This document shows, piece by piece, positions 14,101 through 26,873 of a DNA stretch of 64,000 nt (its first letter is position 1; every line of letters starts with the position of its first letter). Under the pieces are notes generated by a model. The model worked only from the letters and a program-made list of their open reading frames with translations. It did no database searches and was not told the origin of the DNA. A program made the position numbers and the translations under genes. Origin of the DNA: Syncephalis fuscata S228 (Eukaryota; Fungi; Zoopagomycota); NCBI GenBank assembly GCA_025786725.1, contig JAHLTZ010000032.1, forward strand, positions 124,001-188,000, in the 5' to 3' direction.

Positions 14101-15452
14101 TTAATCGCTTGGTTAAACACTCGGACCAGTCAATGATTGTAGGCGGATCGTTTAGTGTGAATCAAAAGGACAAATGTCGCAATATTTGTCAATTTAATTT
14201 GAACGATCAAAGTTGGCACACACTGGGTGATGGATTGTCAGATACAGTCATTGATATGACAATGATACCATCGAGCAAAGATGTTGTAGCAGCCACATCT
14301 AACCAACAGATATCCATTTATAATAATGAAGAAGATAAATGGCACCTACTTGGATCGCACCACGACTCATTACCTGGACCGATTACGAGTATTACATTAG
14401 ATGGATCTACTGAACGAGTAATCATTGCAGGTCAACAATCAAATGGCAATACACACTATTTAATGCGATGGATCGAGGATCGTTATGAAGCATTTGGACA
14501 AGAGTTAAAGAGCCAAAGCAGTATTCGCCAACTAGCCATGGTACCTTTAACGGAGACCATGTCAAGTAGCCGTGAATTGACACCTAATTTTGCATTACTC
14601 GTGATTGGACAATTGTACATCACGGGATTGAATGATGGTAAAGATCAATTGCCATTAGATGCAGCACTATTTGATGGTAAAGTATGGCGTCCATATTTAC
14701 ATACGGCATCAACAAGTACTGGCACTGGTACTAGTACAGCATCAATGGCACTATCATTTATTCAACGTGTATTCTTTGAATTCCCTCCTTTGCCTACGGG
14801 CCCGCATTATTTGGCCATACCTTTAGTTATTCTTATTTCAGCGGCCATTTCACTAGGCTTTATTTCACTTATTGTACTGTTGGGTCTGTTAGTTATGTTG
14901 CTGCGTCGTCGTAGAAAGCTAAACCGTGAACCATTACCGCCCACTGCCCGTGAAGTGGCCACAACAGCATCAATGCATCCGGGCGAACATCAATCGTTTG
15001 CCGATGGCATGGCTATGATACCTGGTGCAACGAGTACACCACCCTTTGGACGGTCATTGACCGATCTACACCAACCAAATGTCCTGCCATTAGATGGTGA
15101 ACATCCACACCATAGTGCATCGATACCGCCATCATTGCATGGCGGTAATGAAAGTTTGTTATTGCCGGCCGATATGGCAGGCGCACTTACCTCGGCCGTA
15201 TTAAATGATGACATGTTATTAGACACGGCTAATTACATGGCCGTCTATGCTCGCTACCCCTTCAGTGCCACTGAACCGGGCGAGTTAGAGTTTAGAGCAG
15301 GCGACAAGATCTACGTGCTTGATAATAGTGACGACGTTTGGTGGATGGGTATGGTCGATAATGGACCTGGTGTCCCTCCATCACAAGGTGTATTCCCTGC
15401 GAGTTATGCCTCCGACACACCGCCTGATCCCTCACCGTGGAATTTCTTTTAA
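11151..15452 (+). CDS. RAX2: Rax2-like cortical polarity-marker membrane protein with cytoplasmic SH3 domain
   Basis: Signal peptide; repeated beta-propeller-type motifs (GVDGPVRSL, YVGGRF, IVGGSF); single TM segment AIPLVILISAAISLGFISLIVLLGLLVMLL followed by RRRRK; C-terminal ARYPFSATEPGELEFRAGDKIYVLD..DVWWMG...GVFPASY is an SH3 signature. Introns at about 12246-12307 and 12535-12588. Confidence 0.85.
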
Positions 15453-15590
15453 TTCACTTTTATTTGTTTTAATTAAAATAAAACTTGCAGTCGTTTTTAT
15501 AGTGTTATTATTGTTGTTGTTGGTGTTATTACAATGACCATTACAAGACATTAAATTCTATTTTTAATTATTATTATTATATAATAACTT

Positions 15591-15666
15591 TATTCAATAT
15601 CAATAAATACATTATTAGCTTATAGTTCCACATTATTTCTACTTGTCATGCAAGCTATTCAGTTTA
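15591..15666 (+). repeat. Dispersed ~75-bp repeat, copy 1
   Basis: caatatcaataaatacattattagcttatagtt...atttctacttgtcatgcaa..tattcag is also present at about 34161-34236. Confidence 0.85.
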
Positions 15667-15976
15667 GTCATCTAATTTGTACTTTCTTTAATTAGAAACA
15701 CAACATTATTACTATTACAGCCATTACAATTACAATTACTATAATTACTATTGCAAGTTTAAAATTTTAATTATCAATCATTTGACGTATATTAACAATA
15801 GCTATATCATCATCATATCGCGTATCTTTCCTTTATACTCTCGTTGGTATGTTGCTACAACAATATCGTGTGGAGTAATAAAGTGGTAGTTACAATGGAT
15901 AGGCGGCGCACATCGCCCATAGTAATAATGCTGATAATCATAGTCATACTGATAATTATACGTTAATGTTCGCTTC

Positions 15977-16302
15977 TTAATCGAAGAGACCGAAGCCCAT
16001 ATCGTCATCGGACTCCTCCTTCTCCTCCTCCTTGGCCTCTTCGGCGGCGGCGGCGGCACCACCAGCAGCGGCACCAGCGGAACCGCCAGCGACGGCACCA
16101 CCCGATGGGACGGAGGCGAGCTTGCTGGTACCCTCAGCAATCAATTCGGCAACATCCTTGCCATCGATGGCCTTGAGCAAGGCATCGACGCGCTCGCTGT
16201 CGGCTTCAATACCGACGGAGCTGAGCAAGTTGGTGATGTCAGAGGCAGCTGGGCTGCCTTACCACCGAGGTTAAGCAACAAGTAGGCAGCAATGTAACGC
16301 AT
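15977..16302 (-). CDS. RPP2: 60S acidic ribosomal protein P2 (1-nt frameshift as assembled)
   Basis: [14 protein letters not shown]...[14 protein letters not shown]...[17 protein letters not shown]. One base is missing near 16255. A 5'UTR intron spans about 16326-16644 (gtaagt...tag). Codons are strongly GC-biased. Confidence 0.95.
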
Positions 16303-17024
16303 TTTCTTTAGTTAATAGTGTTGACTAAATAAAGAAGAAATATAAATCAATTCATTAATTAATACTGTTTATAATGGCTATATATTATATTAATATGCTA
16401 TATTGATTTGCTCATCTATCCATCTATCCATCTAGTATTCCATATAGATTACTATTATTATAGATACTAGTAAATCAATATGGCTATTGCTAATAGACAT
16501 ATCCGTCTATGTAACCATCTATAACTACGCAATCTATACAATTACCAATTATGATCCATCCATCTCCATCTGCCAGCATATCCATCCATCATCCATCCAT
16601 CCATCTATATATTCATCTATTCATTTATTCTAATAGATACTTACCAATCGACGGATCGTGTGTCGTAAAGTTCTTTGAACTCGAAAGGGACACGAGGTAC
16701 AATACGCTCAAGCACGATCTTCACAAGTGAGGAAGAATAAAGGCGTATGAGAAGAGGAGGAGTAATCTCACTGTGTGGGAGTGGGTGAGTGTGGATAATC
16801 AAATGCCGATGTTGATACTAGTCAGTGTGTAATAACGAATGACGATTCATTATTAGACGATCAACAGTTTTAACTAGACAGTTTTAAAAGTCATTTACAC
16901 ACTTATTGAATACATCTTATCAAATACATCTTATCAAATATATTACTACACATATTACACCTAATTAAATGATTAAAGATTATTAATAGTATAGTATAGT
17001 ATATGTATTGATGATTGTACATCA

Positions 17025-17317
17025 TTAAAATAGTTTAAAAATTGGTCGTTTTTTACGTCTTGCCGCTAGTCTTTCCATTTCCAATCGTTCAAGTTCTGCT
17101 TCTCGTTCATCTTCTTCTCGAGCCACCCGTGTACTAATAATTAATAGAATCAATATACTATATACTATATACTATATTATACAGTTAAATATCACTTACC
17201 TATGAGTCTCTTCTCGTTTAATATCATAAATAGACGCTTCCATATCATCAACATCTGAATCTTCATCTCGATATCTAATAAAGTTATTAATAAACATAGT
17301 TATAGTCATAATATATA

Positions 17318-17350
<33 letters not shown>

Positions 17351-18800
17351 TTACCTTCGTCGATCATATCCAAATATATTCTGAATAACACTGGAGTAAT
17401 TATTTGAACCTCTATAATCATCGTATTCATCTTCTTCATCGTCATCGTCATATTCATCTTTCATATATCGTCGTGCTTTAGTAGCTGCTTGACTTGTTGT
17501 TGTGGTAGTAGTAGTAGGACGATGGTTTGCTTATTTGTTGTATTGACTGGTCGGTGACGTACTTCCTTAGATGGAGAAGGATAGGCAGATAAATGACGAT
17601 TCATCTTACTTGTAGGCAAGCCTATTGAAGAACGTGATGCTGTACTAGTATTTACACGATCTGTATTTACTTTAACCGGATTAAATCGATGAGAGGAGGA
17701 GGAAGAAGACGGCAATGAATGATTGGTAGTATTGTAGTATTGGTAGCTGTTGAAGCAGTCTTCCCACCATTACGTGGTGCCCATGGTGATGGAAAGCTGG
17801 CGGTATTTTGTTGACGAGTAGATGATGTCATTTTTGATGCTGTTGCTATTGGTGGTGCCCGTTGACTAGTTTTGTATTTAATTTATCTTGATGTTTTGTC
17901 GTAGATTTGTGTTCATCAGGCCTTTCAATATCGGCATACCAAATAAATCAATCATTTTGTCGCCATGTTCTTTTTTAATACGTTTTAGTGCACTTTCTCG
18001 TTCTTTTTCTCGTTCCATGTACAAATCTTCAATAGTGGTGCGGTCACGTCTATTCTGATCTAGGGCAATTAAATCATTACAAGCACTGGCCTGTGATGGA
18101 TCATGAACTACACGGATTTCATGTTCTTGTAACACTATCACACACACACATATATATATATTATTAATTAATATTAATTAATTAATATTGCTTATCATTA
18201 TTCTATTACCTTTATGATGTCCAGATGCTGTCACTCTTTGTTGATATCCATTAATAAGTAGTGAGTTGTTATTAGCTGCTGAATACATATCTGGATCATC
18301 GTCATCATCTTGATTATTACGCTTTCTACGTCGACCGCCACCACCACCACCGCCACCACCCCGTCCACCTCTTGATCGTTGACCTGATGTGGATGAACTG
18401 CTGCCCATCCATTGTTTGGCATTAACTCGACCCGCTTGATTCTGTCTAGCTCGTCGTTGACGTTCTGCTTCTTGAGTTCGCTCTTTCTGGGCTGATTCTA
18501 TTTGTTGTCGTTTTAATTCTCGTCGGCGTTGATGTTCTTGTTCCGATGCTGCCTGTTCACGTTTTAAACGTTCAAAATGCTCTTTCATACGGGTTTGTCG
18601 CTCATCACGTTCCCGTTCTTCTCGAAGAGCGGTGGCGCGGGTCTCTTGCTTTACTGATAGCTCGCGCTCTTTCTGGCGCTGCTCCAGTTTACTTAGTCTT
18701 TCTTGCGTCGTCTCATCGGCAATTCTCATCAACCGTTGGTACTACAAAGTAGTCAGTATAGTATGACTCATGCTATCAATTTACCCACCTCGCTACTCAT
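17025..18800 (-). CDS. SPT2: Chromatin protein SPT2 homolog
   Basis: MSSE|YQRLMRIAD start, charged coiled coil, and C-terminal YSSVIQNIFGYDRRRYRDEDSDVDDMEASIYDIKREETHSTRVAREEDERE matching the SPT2 domain. Several short introns. Confidence 0.85.
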
Positions 18801-19611
18801 TATGTAGTCAATTTAGGTGAATACTAACAAGAAGTGCTAGCAATATTACCACGTGGGCGTATAAGTTGCAAAGATGGAGTAAATTTGGAATAAGAACGGT
18901 CATATAGAATTAAATTGAATGGATCAACGAGATCACTATTATTAGGATTACAATTACTACAATCACTACAATGATTAATAGTTAATACACTCACCCCCAC
19001 AAACTATAATAATCTATGATATCAAATCATTTATTAACAACACAAATACTACAAACAATGATATCCATTAAATAGTAATCAACCAAATACCATTAATTGC
19101 ATATTAACTAATCAAACATTATTAATATCGATATCAATATAGATACTACTAACATTAAAGGTGTAGGTATCAGTCTACTCATTTGTGTTACATGAAAGCC
19201 ACGTAACGCCTATTTAACTGACAAGTGTCGTCGTCATTCTTCTAGTAGACCCTGTCTTTCTATCTCTCCTCTCTCTTATTCTTTATCTCTATCGCTCTTG
19301 TTCACATTCCCTTGCTTATATGTTACTATCGTTTATTCAAACCTTCTTGCTTTTATCTAAACCGCTCGTGTTTTCTCTTGCCTGTTGAGTAGTATTACTG
19401 CTTGTTGTAGTATCATCTCTTGAACTAGCCACACTGTCCATCTCATGCTTGGTTGCTTTCTTCATATCTATCGTGCTTGTCGCCTTCCATTCTCTCGTCG
19501 TTCCCGCCGGTATTCACTTGAAAGTTTGGGCAGTCAGTCAACACTAGCACCTTCAGTTGAACACTCTTTCCATCAGAGAAGAAACTTGCTGCTAACCGAA
19601 CTCTATCCACT

Positions 19612-21473
19612 ATGACTGCCTCTAATAGTGCTCAAGGCACAGCCAGCGCTATTTCCCACGAATCTTTGAGCCGCTACAAGTAAGTAAATTACATAGATAT
19701 GTACACATCTAATTCAGTACTAATATATGTATTGATAATAGCAAAAACTTTTATGCTCATCCAAAGAATCGACTAGCATTAAACGCTGTGGCTCGTGGTC
19801 GCATTCCTGATATTATTCTTAATCATGAGGTAGTTATACACGCTTACTAGTTAATATAGAATTAACCAGCTATTTGCAAATAGATTAGCCAACGTATTAA
19901 TCATCAATACTCTGACAAAATTGAGACAGAAGGTAATAAATGGTAAATTATTGGTTATTATCAACATTATTAACATTATTGCTATTATTATTTACTAATG
20001 AATAGGCAAGATCACTAATCAAAAATCCAGTGGTCGTTGCTGGCTTTTTGCCGGTCTTAATGTCATGCGTTTGAATACAATAGCCAAGTAAGCTTAGCTA
20101 ATACTTGTTATTATTAGCAACTTATCCTATCCATCTATAGACACAAGATTGAAGACTTTGAGCTTTCTCAAGGCTACCTCTACTTTTATGATAAAATTGA
20201 AAAGGCCAATTGGTTCTTGGAATCAATGATTGAATTGGCCGGACATGATTTGGAAGATCGCACTGTCCAGTTTTTGTTAAAGGACCCAGTTCAAGACGGT
20301 GGTCAATGGGATATGTTTGTAAGTCTTGTTGAGAAGTATGGCGTAGTGCCCAAAGCATTCTTCCCTGAGACGGCTCAAACTATCAATACGGCCCAATCAC
20401 GTACTTTGATCACTTCAAAATTACGTGAATTTGCTGAGCAAATCCGTAATCTGCATAGTGCTGGTAAATGTGTCAAGTAAGCTGACTAATAAACGTATAT
20501 TACCCGTAGATACTAACCAGTAGCATTATAGTACTATTCGTGCGGCCAAGGACGAAATGCTGGATGAAATCTATCGTATTATGTGTATTACTTGTGGCGA
20601 ACCGCCCAAGCACTTTACCTGGAGTTTCCGTGACAAGGACAAGAAGTTCCACGAATATGCTGATTTGACTCCACAGTCATTCTATCATGATCATGTTGCC
20701 TATAATGTAGGTCTAGAAATACTAATATACCGACTAATACTAAATAGGCCTATTGACACTAGGTAACCGAAACAGTATCGTTGATCAACGATCCGCGTAA
20801 CGAGTACTACAAGCTCTATACTGTTGCCTACTTGGGTAACATTAAAGGTGGTCATTCTATTCGCTACATTAACTTGCCAGTTGAAGAATTAAAACAACTG
20901 GGCGTTAAAACAATACAAAGTGGCAAGCCAGTGTGGTAGGTTTAAATGAAATCGTTTATAATTTGATCAATATATATATGTGTGTATATTAACGACATAT
21001 AAACAATAATCAATAGGTTTGGCTGTGATGTCGGCAAACACTTTGCACGACAAATCGGCGTATTAGAACTTAATTCACTGGATTGGGACCTCGGCTTTGG
21101 TGTCACCTTTGATCAAGATAAGGCCAATCGACTACGTTATGGTGAAAGTGCCATGACGCACGCTATGATGTTTACGGGTGTACACTTGAATGCCGATGGC
21201 CAGCCACAACGTTGGCGAGTAGAAAACTCATGGGGCGAAGATAATGGCGACAAAGGATTCCTTAGCATGTCAGACAAATGGTTCTCTGAATTCACTTATC
21301 AGGTAAGCTGTTTAGACATTTTAACGAACGAAACATGGCCGTTAATAGATTATGATACACACCAATAATAGATTGTTCTAGAGAAGTCGGATGTACCCGA
21401 TGAAGTGCTGAAAGTATTAGAACAAGAACCTGTTGTATTGCCGCCATGGGATCCAATGGGTAGTCTGGCCTAA
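19612..21473 (+). CDS. LAP3: Bleomycin hydrolase / cysteine aminopeptidase (peptidase C1B)
   Basis: Catalytic motifs NQKSSGRCWLFA (Cys), MTHAM (His) and WRVENSWG (Asn); VWFGCDVGK; terminal PPWDPMGSLA*. About 8 introns. Confidence 0.95.
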
Positions 21474-23298
21474 GTTATCGTTTTTTACTTTTAATTATTG
21501 ACCCGGCTACGGCCATTAATTCTGTTTATTATATTCTAAGCTCGATAATAGTTTATATGCAACAAGTGAACGAGGTAGACCCATAACTGACATACCGCGT
21601 TATTTTGCAGAAACAGAGTTAATAAAATAGTCAATATAGCTGTTACATTGTTTCAGTGTGATTGTATAACATGCTTATCTTTATAAAACAATGAAATTTC
21701 AATAGAAAACGGAGAGATAAAACGAGTAAACTCAAACTATGTACTACATTTGCAGTCTCCCTCCTCCGATATAACAGGTAGTGACCAATTGTTATATTAT
21801 ATTAAATACAGTAAACATAAGAAAGCTGTGGTTTATTTGTTACTCTTTTATTAGCATTTCATCCATCCATCATTACATTTATTTATTTGGTAGTCTAGCT
21901 GTAGTTGACCATATTGTAATAGTTAGTTATACTATTGATCCGTATACCGTCTATTATGCACAAGAGAGGTAAGTAATAATAAATGAAATGAGGGCGATAA
22001 ATATTTATTGTTACAAGTAGTTATTGTTATAATGTAACATGGTACTTACGAGTATTATGCGTAATTGATATTTAGTAATGTTAATCTATGACCACTCTGA
22101 TTATTTTAACAATTTTAATCATTGTATTCGTTGTCTATACTTACCTTTAAGTACTTATTTCCAAACATACCTGCATTGATACTACCGAATGTTACTGCTG
22201 CACGGCATTGCTTGATTTTTTATACTATGCATCTATCTGTTGTGCCACCACTACTACCAAGTAGTTCAATGGCTGCATTTCCTATTCTTTTATCATTATA
22301 TACTATTGCTATAATATACGCTAATGGCTATTGATTGAATAATATGTTTAAGTACAATGATTATAATGTATTGGCCATAAACAAATATTTAATACCACGT
22401 CATTAATAGCGATTGTTTAATCCGCACTTTTCCTTGTACCAAGGCGTGAATTATCGCATGCTAGTCCATGTGCTCATTCGTTGCACATGGCGCCAGTAGC
22501 AACGAGTATCAAAGTGGCTGTAATAGTATGTTTTGTGTGGATAATATATTCAAAAAAGGACGGGCGAATGGCGCGGCAATGGCACGAGCATGCTTATTTG
22601 AGCTATTTTGCCTGGCCTCGACGTGCTACACCTTTTTGCCTCTATAGTCCTTTTCCTTTATACCTTTTCTCTAGTTAAGCGGTATATCTATATATCTATA
22701 TATTTTCGGCCACAGTACTGCTACTTACGGCAGTCAATAACATTTGCCGTGTACTACTTATTGTTTCATTCCAGTGGCCTAGACGTTCCTTTTTATCTCC
22801 GCGCACGCCTCTTTAGTTTAAGAGTGGCGTCGGCCCGTTACTTTCATACCTTTTCCTTTCGTTAAATGACAATACCACGCTAACCGGCTTGACCAATAGT
22901 CCGCGTGCGCGTTTAATAAGCTGTATTCAAGTCATTCTTGTGCTCATCCGTCTTATTCTATCTAAAATAACATAATATTTGCTCTTGAGCCAGTTAATCA
23001 TTTGTCCTGTACGGCCCATAACGAACGTGGTGTCGCTAATCGTCTCGGTTACTATTTTGACCATTGACGCAGCGGTCTAGCCATTGTTCTGGCCCATTAC
23101 TTTTAATTGTGACTAAACTTAACTAAAATCACTTGTGTTGTTACTGGTTGCTGCTGCGCTGCTGCTGTTCTAGCCTGGAGCCTTCGAGTACGTCGCTTTA
23201 TTGACTTTACCCAATCGACTAAGTTTTCAAAGCGTAAAGTGTTTTCACCGTTGCCGTCACCATTGTCATTCTCCGTTGTCTATCCGCCACCTCCACCA

Positions 23299-25904
23299 AT
23301 GGAGCCTAGGTATGTTGCTATTTAAGCTCCTGTTTAATAACTAACGATAAATGATGATTACTAAATACAGCACACTTTCTATTAAAGTGGAAATATTCCG
23401 AGGTCAAAAACATGATACATTTATAGCATCTGTACCACTGGATACAACTGTGCGACAAGCCATTGAAACAGTAAGTAATTTAGACGTGATTATTTAATGA
23501 TATAGATTTAATGATTAATCATAATCAATCCATCTAGTGTTGTCATAAATTTGAAATTGTTGAAGATTGGAATTATGGATTGTAAGTGTATAGATTAATA
23601 CAAGTAATGTGTAAATTAACATAATTGATATACAAATAGTTTTAATGAAGTAAATACAAAATGGCTTATTGATTGGAGTAGACTAAATGCATACTCTACA
23701 GATATTCTGGTAAGTATAAATTATTAATTAAAAATAACGATTGGTTAGCATGAATTAATCTAAATTAATATAACAGAATGCACTAATGCTTCGTGTCAAA
23801 TCACCTGAATATCATGACCAAGAGGCACAAAGTATTAATAATCAAACACTTATGTACACCACTGGACGACCACCAATTATTACAGTACATCAACTGCCGA
23901 TGATTAATGAACATAGCGGTACTAATTCCAATCATCGATTTCTTTCATCCATTAGCGGTCTATTTGTTAAAAATGAAAAGCGTACATTAGATAGTAAGAT
24001 CCGTAATCGTCGCTTATATTTAGCGGTGCTATTATTTGCCGGTGATGGCCGTGTTTTAATTACTCGTGAAGGCCTTCTGCCTACAGTTTGCATTAATAGC
24101 AACAACGAAGCGCTATGTCGTGATTTGGAGTCTAATAGTGAGGAGTTTCGTTGGATGTTGCGTGATGCACTAGACTGGGAACGAGGTGTTGACAAACATC
24201 ATGGTATTAGTCTAATTCAGGCACAATCACGTCGTAGTCATCACCGTGCTACTCATTCGGCTCGAGTTATTACTCGTCGTCGTAAACTACAATCACTTGT
24301 TAGTAACAGTTTCAATGGATTTGGCGATGCAGCCAATCAGCACGATTTTAATACAGCAAATTTCAACAACGCAACAGCTACTAATGCCGAAGAAGCAAGA
24401 TGGCGCGATGCAGAACGTGCAGTACGCGAGGATTTTGCCGTTGCTGCTGCCGAATTACGTCGATTGTTAAGACTGCCCACTTTGGGTGTTATGCATGAAC
24501 GGCCCATTTCTATCAATTCTGGGAAGCTCATCTTCTACTTATGCTGCAGCATATTCCTACAGAAAGATTAAGCTTGTAGCACCAGATGCTGTCCGCACCG
24601 GTCTTTTACGTTGGCGAGATCGGGATCAAATGGATAAGAATATTTATGAGTGGCAAGAGGATTTATGGTGGCGTTATCAATGTGCCTACAATGGCCGTCT
24701 ATCTCGACTGGCGGGTGGTCTTTATGTGGCCGTTTTCTATGCAGAAATACGCTGCGTGGATTGAATGTACTTGTGCCACGGCGAAGACGTTCTTTTTGCC
24801 CGTCTTTAAAATTCGTAATAATACTTCGCTTACAAACGATGAGCTTGAATGGCTAGATAATCTATCGGGCGAATTGGACTCTATGCCTAATGAGGATACT
24901 GAGCCACTGGTTGCACCAGATAAATCAACAAAATCTGGATCAGCAAGTTCTAGTATAGCACAATCAAAGGAACGATCTGAACTTACATCCATTGCCGAAG
25001 AGAATATTGATTGTGTTGATTTCTGTTCAGCGTTTACTCGTTCCTATTACGGATTGCAGCGCGCTGTTCGAATGGGATGGCGTACCAAAGATATTTATCT
25101 TAAACGGTGCATTACTTTAGATAACGAAGGTAATCTGAAGTTTGACGATGATTTCCGCCGTTCAACTGCAGCCCGTGTTATACTTATCGTAAAACCGATG
25201 CGACCAGCTCAGAATCAATCGACAGAAAGTCATGAATCGGGTGATTTTGAAATGTTCCCATTGGCATTATTTGAAATGCTTCATCAGCAAACGTATAGCA
25301 CTGGTGAATCGTGTCAAGTGCGAGAGAAAACACAGAGTATTATGAGCAACTTGAAGAAAAGCGACAGATACTTCGACGATTGCTTAATGCTTCTAATGGT
25401 CCCTCTCCAGCACCACGTAACAATCCGGCACACCGGAGAAGAGCCACATTACCGCGAGACACGTCGGAATCATTAACAGATGATGAACAAATGGCCGAGA
25501 ATAATAGTAAAGCCGATAAGAATAACAAGAGCAACAACACTATAACGAAGAATGAAACTGCTTCATCAGATAGCATTAATAGTATTGCTAGCAGCAATAC
25601 CGCTACTCAGATAGCTAACATTGAATTGGCCATTGGGCAGTATGAAGAGGAATTGGCCACACTTCGTCGACAGACATCTGATTCACTATGGACACGACGG
25701 GTAATTACTTGGGATCGAGATCGAGCATTCCGTCGTACGATGATGCTGGCCAGTCCATCTGTAAGTAATGGCAGCGGTGGATCCGATCTTTCATACTTGT
25801 CGGGACCGCCATCAATACAAAAACTGCCTCTACGCAACTCGGTTAGCGCAACAATGTCTATGTCCATGACTCAACATTTACACATAAGCAAATACGCCGA
25901 CTAG
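23299..25904 (+). CDS. Uncharacterised protein: N-terminal ubiquitin-like FERM-F0-type domain plus ANKFN1/Wide-awake-like duplicated domain and coiled coil
   Basis: Four small 5' exons splice to MEPSTLSIKVEIF...LDTTVRQAIETCCHKF...NYGLF...KWL...RLNAY...LMLRVK. Then RRLYLAVLLF..GRVLITREGLLPTVCI...EEFRWM, GGLYVAVFY...GLNVLVPRRRRSF(L)PVFKIRNNTSLTNDELEWL and FEMFPLALFEMLHQQTY. About 3 frameshifts (near 24560, 24790, 25310). Confidence 0.7.
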
Positions 25905-26282
25905 TTTACTATTTGGTTTATTTTTGAGCATAACTACTACTTAATAGTCGAGGACAAGTCCATACATCTATCCCATTTGCTAAGTAACTATTGGACTTTC
26001 TAGCTTATCACCACAACTACCGTTGCAAATACCAATTTCTTTTATATCTGCATTTTAGCGTACTATTTCGGGTACTTTTGATTTGTTTACGAGCTTGCGC
26101 GCGTGTCTATTCTATTTTCAATTAATCTGGCATATTTGTGTTTCCTTTTTTCAATAACATTTATATATTTTCCAATATACAATTGTAACACTGTAATTGT
26201 GTTTATAACTTTATGTAAACTATTAAGTCAATTAATTAATATAAATATTGTTATGGATTTACATGCTAATATTTAGTATTGT

Positions 26283-26505
26283 ATGACTATATTTAATGAC
26301 ATCCAATTTATTGACCATGATGATGGGTGGTGAGTGACATCAATCATCAAATACTCATTATTGTAGATTTATTATCCAGTATGCACATGTTCAGTACACA
26401 TATAACTCTATTCATCTATATCATTAACAGTGTATGTCTATACTATCATATATCATAGAACGATATACTGAACATATTTTATTTATTATATGGTTTCACG
26501 TGCTT
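26283..26505 (+). repeat. Solo copy of the ~220-bp repeat forming the arms of the 60.26-60.85 kb foldback
   Basis: gtggtgagtgacatca.tcatcaaatactcattattgtagatttattatccagtatg is almost identical to 60309-60365; ttcatctatat..acagtgtat.tctatactatcatatatcat matches the reverse complement of about 60680-60730. Confidence 0.85.
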
Positions 26506-26873
26506 TAACCATTTTGCTCGTTGCGTTATGCAATTATTTATAGCATTATAATGCAAATAAAGTAGCAACTATAAATATATAAATGCGCAAAAATGTGAGT
26601 AAAATACAGTGTGCTAGTATGATAATAATACATGTAACTAGAGAAGAATGCTTGCCCATTATTTTACTTTGACTAAGCTGTTATCGAATCAATGTGTCAT
26701 TTTACCATTTCGTTATAAACTTGCCTAAGAAGTTGTAATAGCATGATTTGTATATAATTTTTAATAGAATATGTAGCCGAGCATTCTATCTTAATGATTA
26801 AATTTATAGAAATATGTACTAGCAATAGAAGAATAGAAAATTTATAATGCTATTAGTTATTAATATTTAACAA

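Noticed and set aside
15977-16302. RPP2 (and other frameshifted genes) as pseudogenes
   Set aside because: Sequence, codon bias and splice signals are otherwise intact, and indels are spread across unrelated conserved genes, which points to assembly error.
21781-22865. Several 60-85 aa hydrophobic ORFs in AT-rich intergenic DNA (also at 8-10 kb, 31.6 kb, 47 kb and 60-61 kb)
   Set aside because: Ile/Tyr/Phe-rich composition expected from AT-rich noncoding sequence, mostly non-ATG starts, no motifs or splice support.
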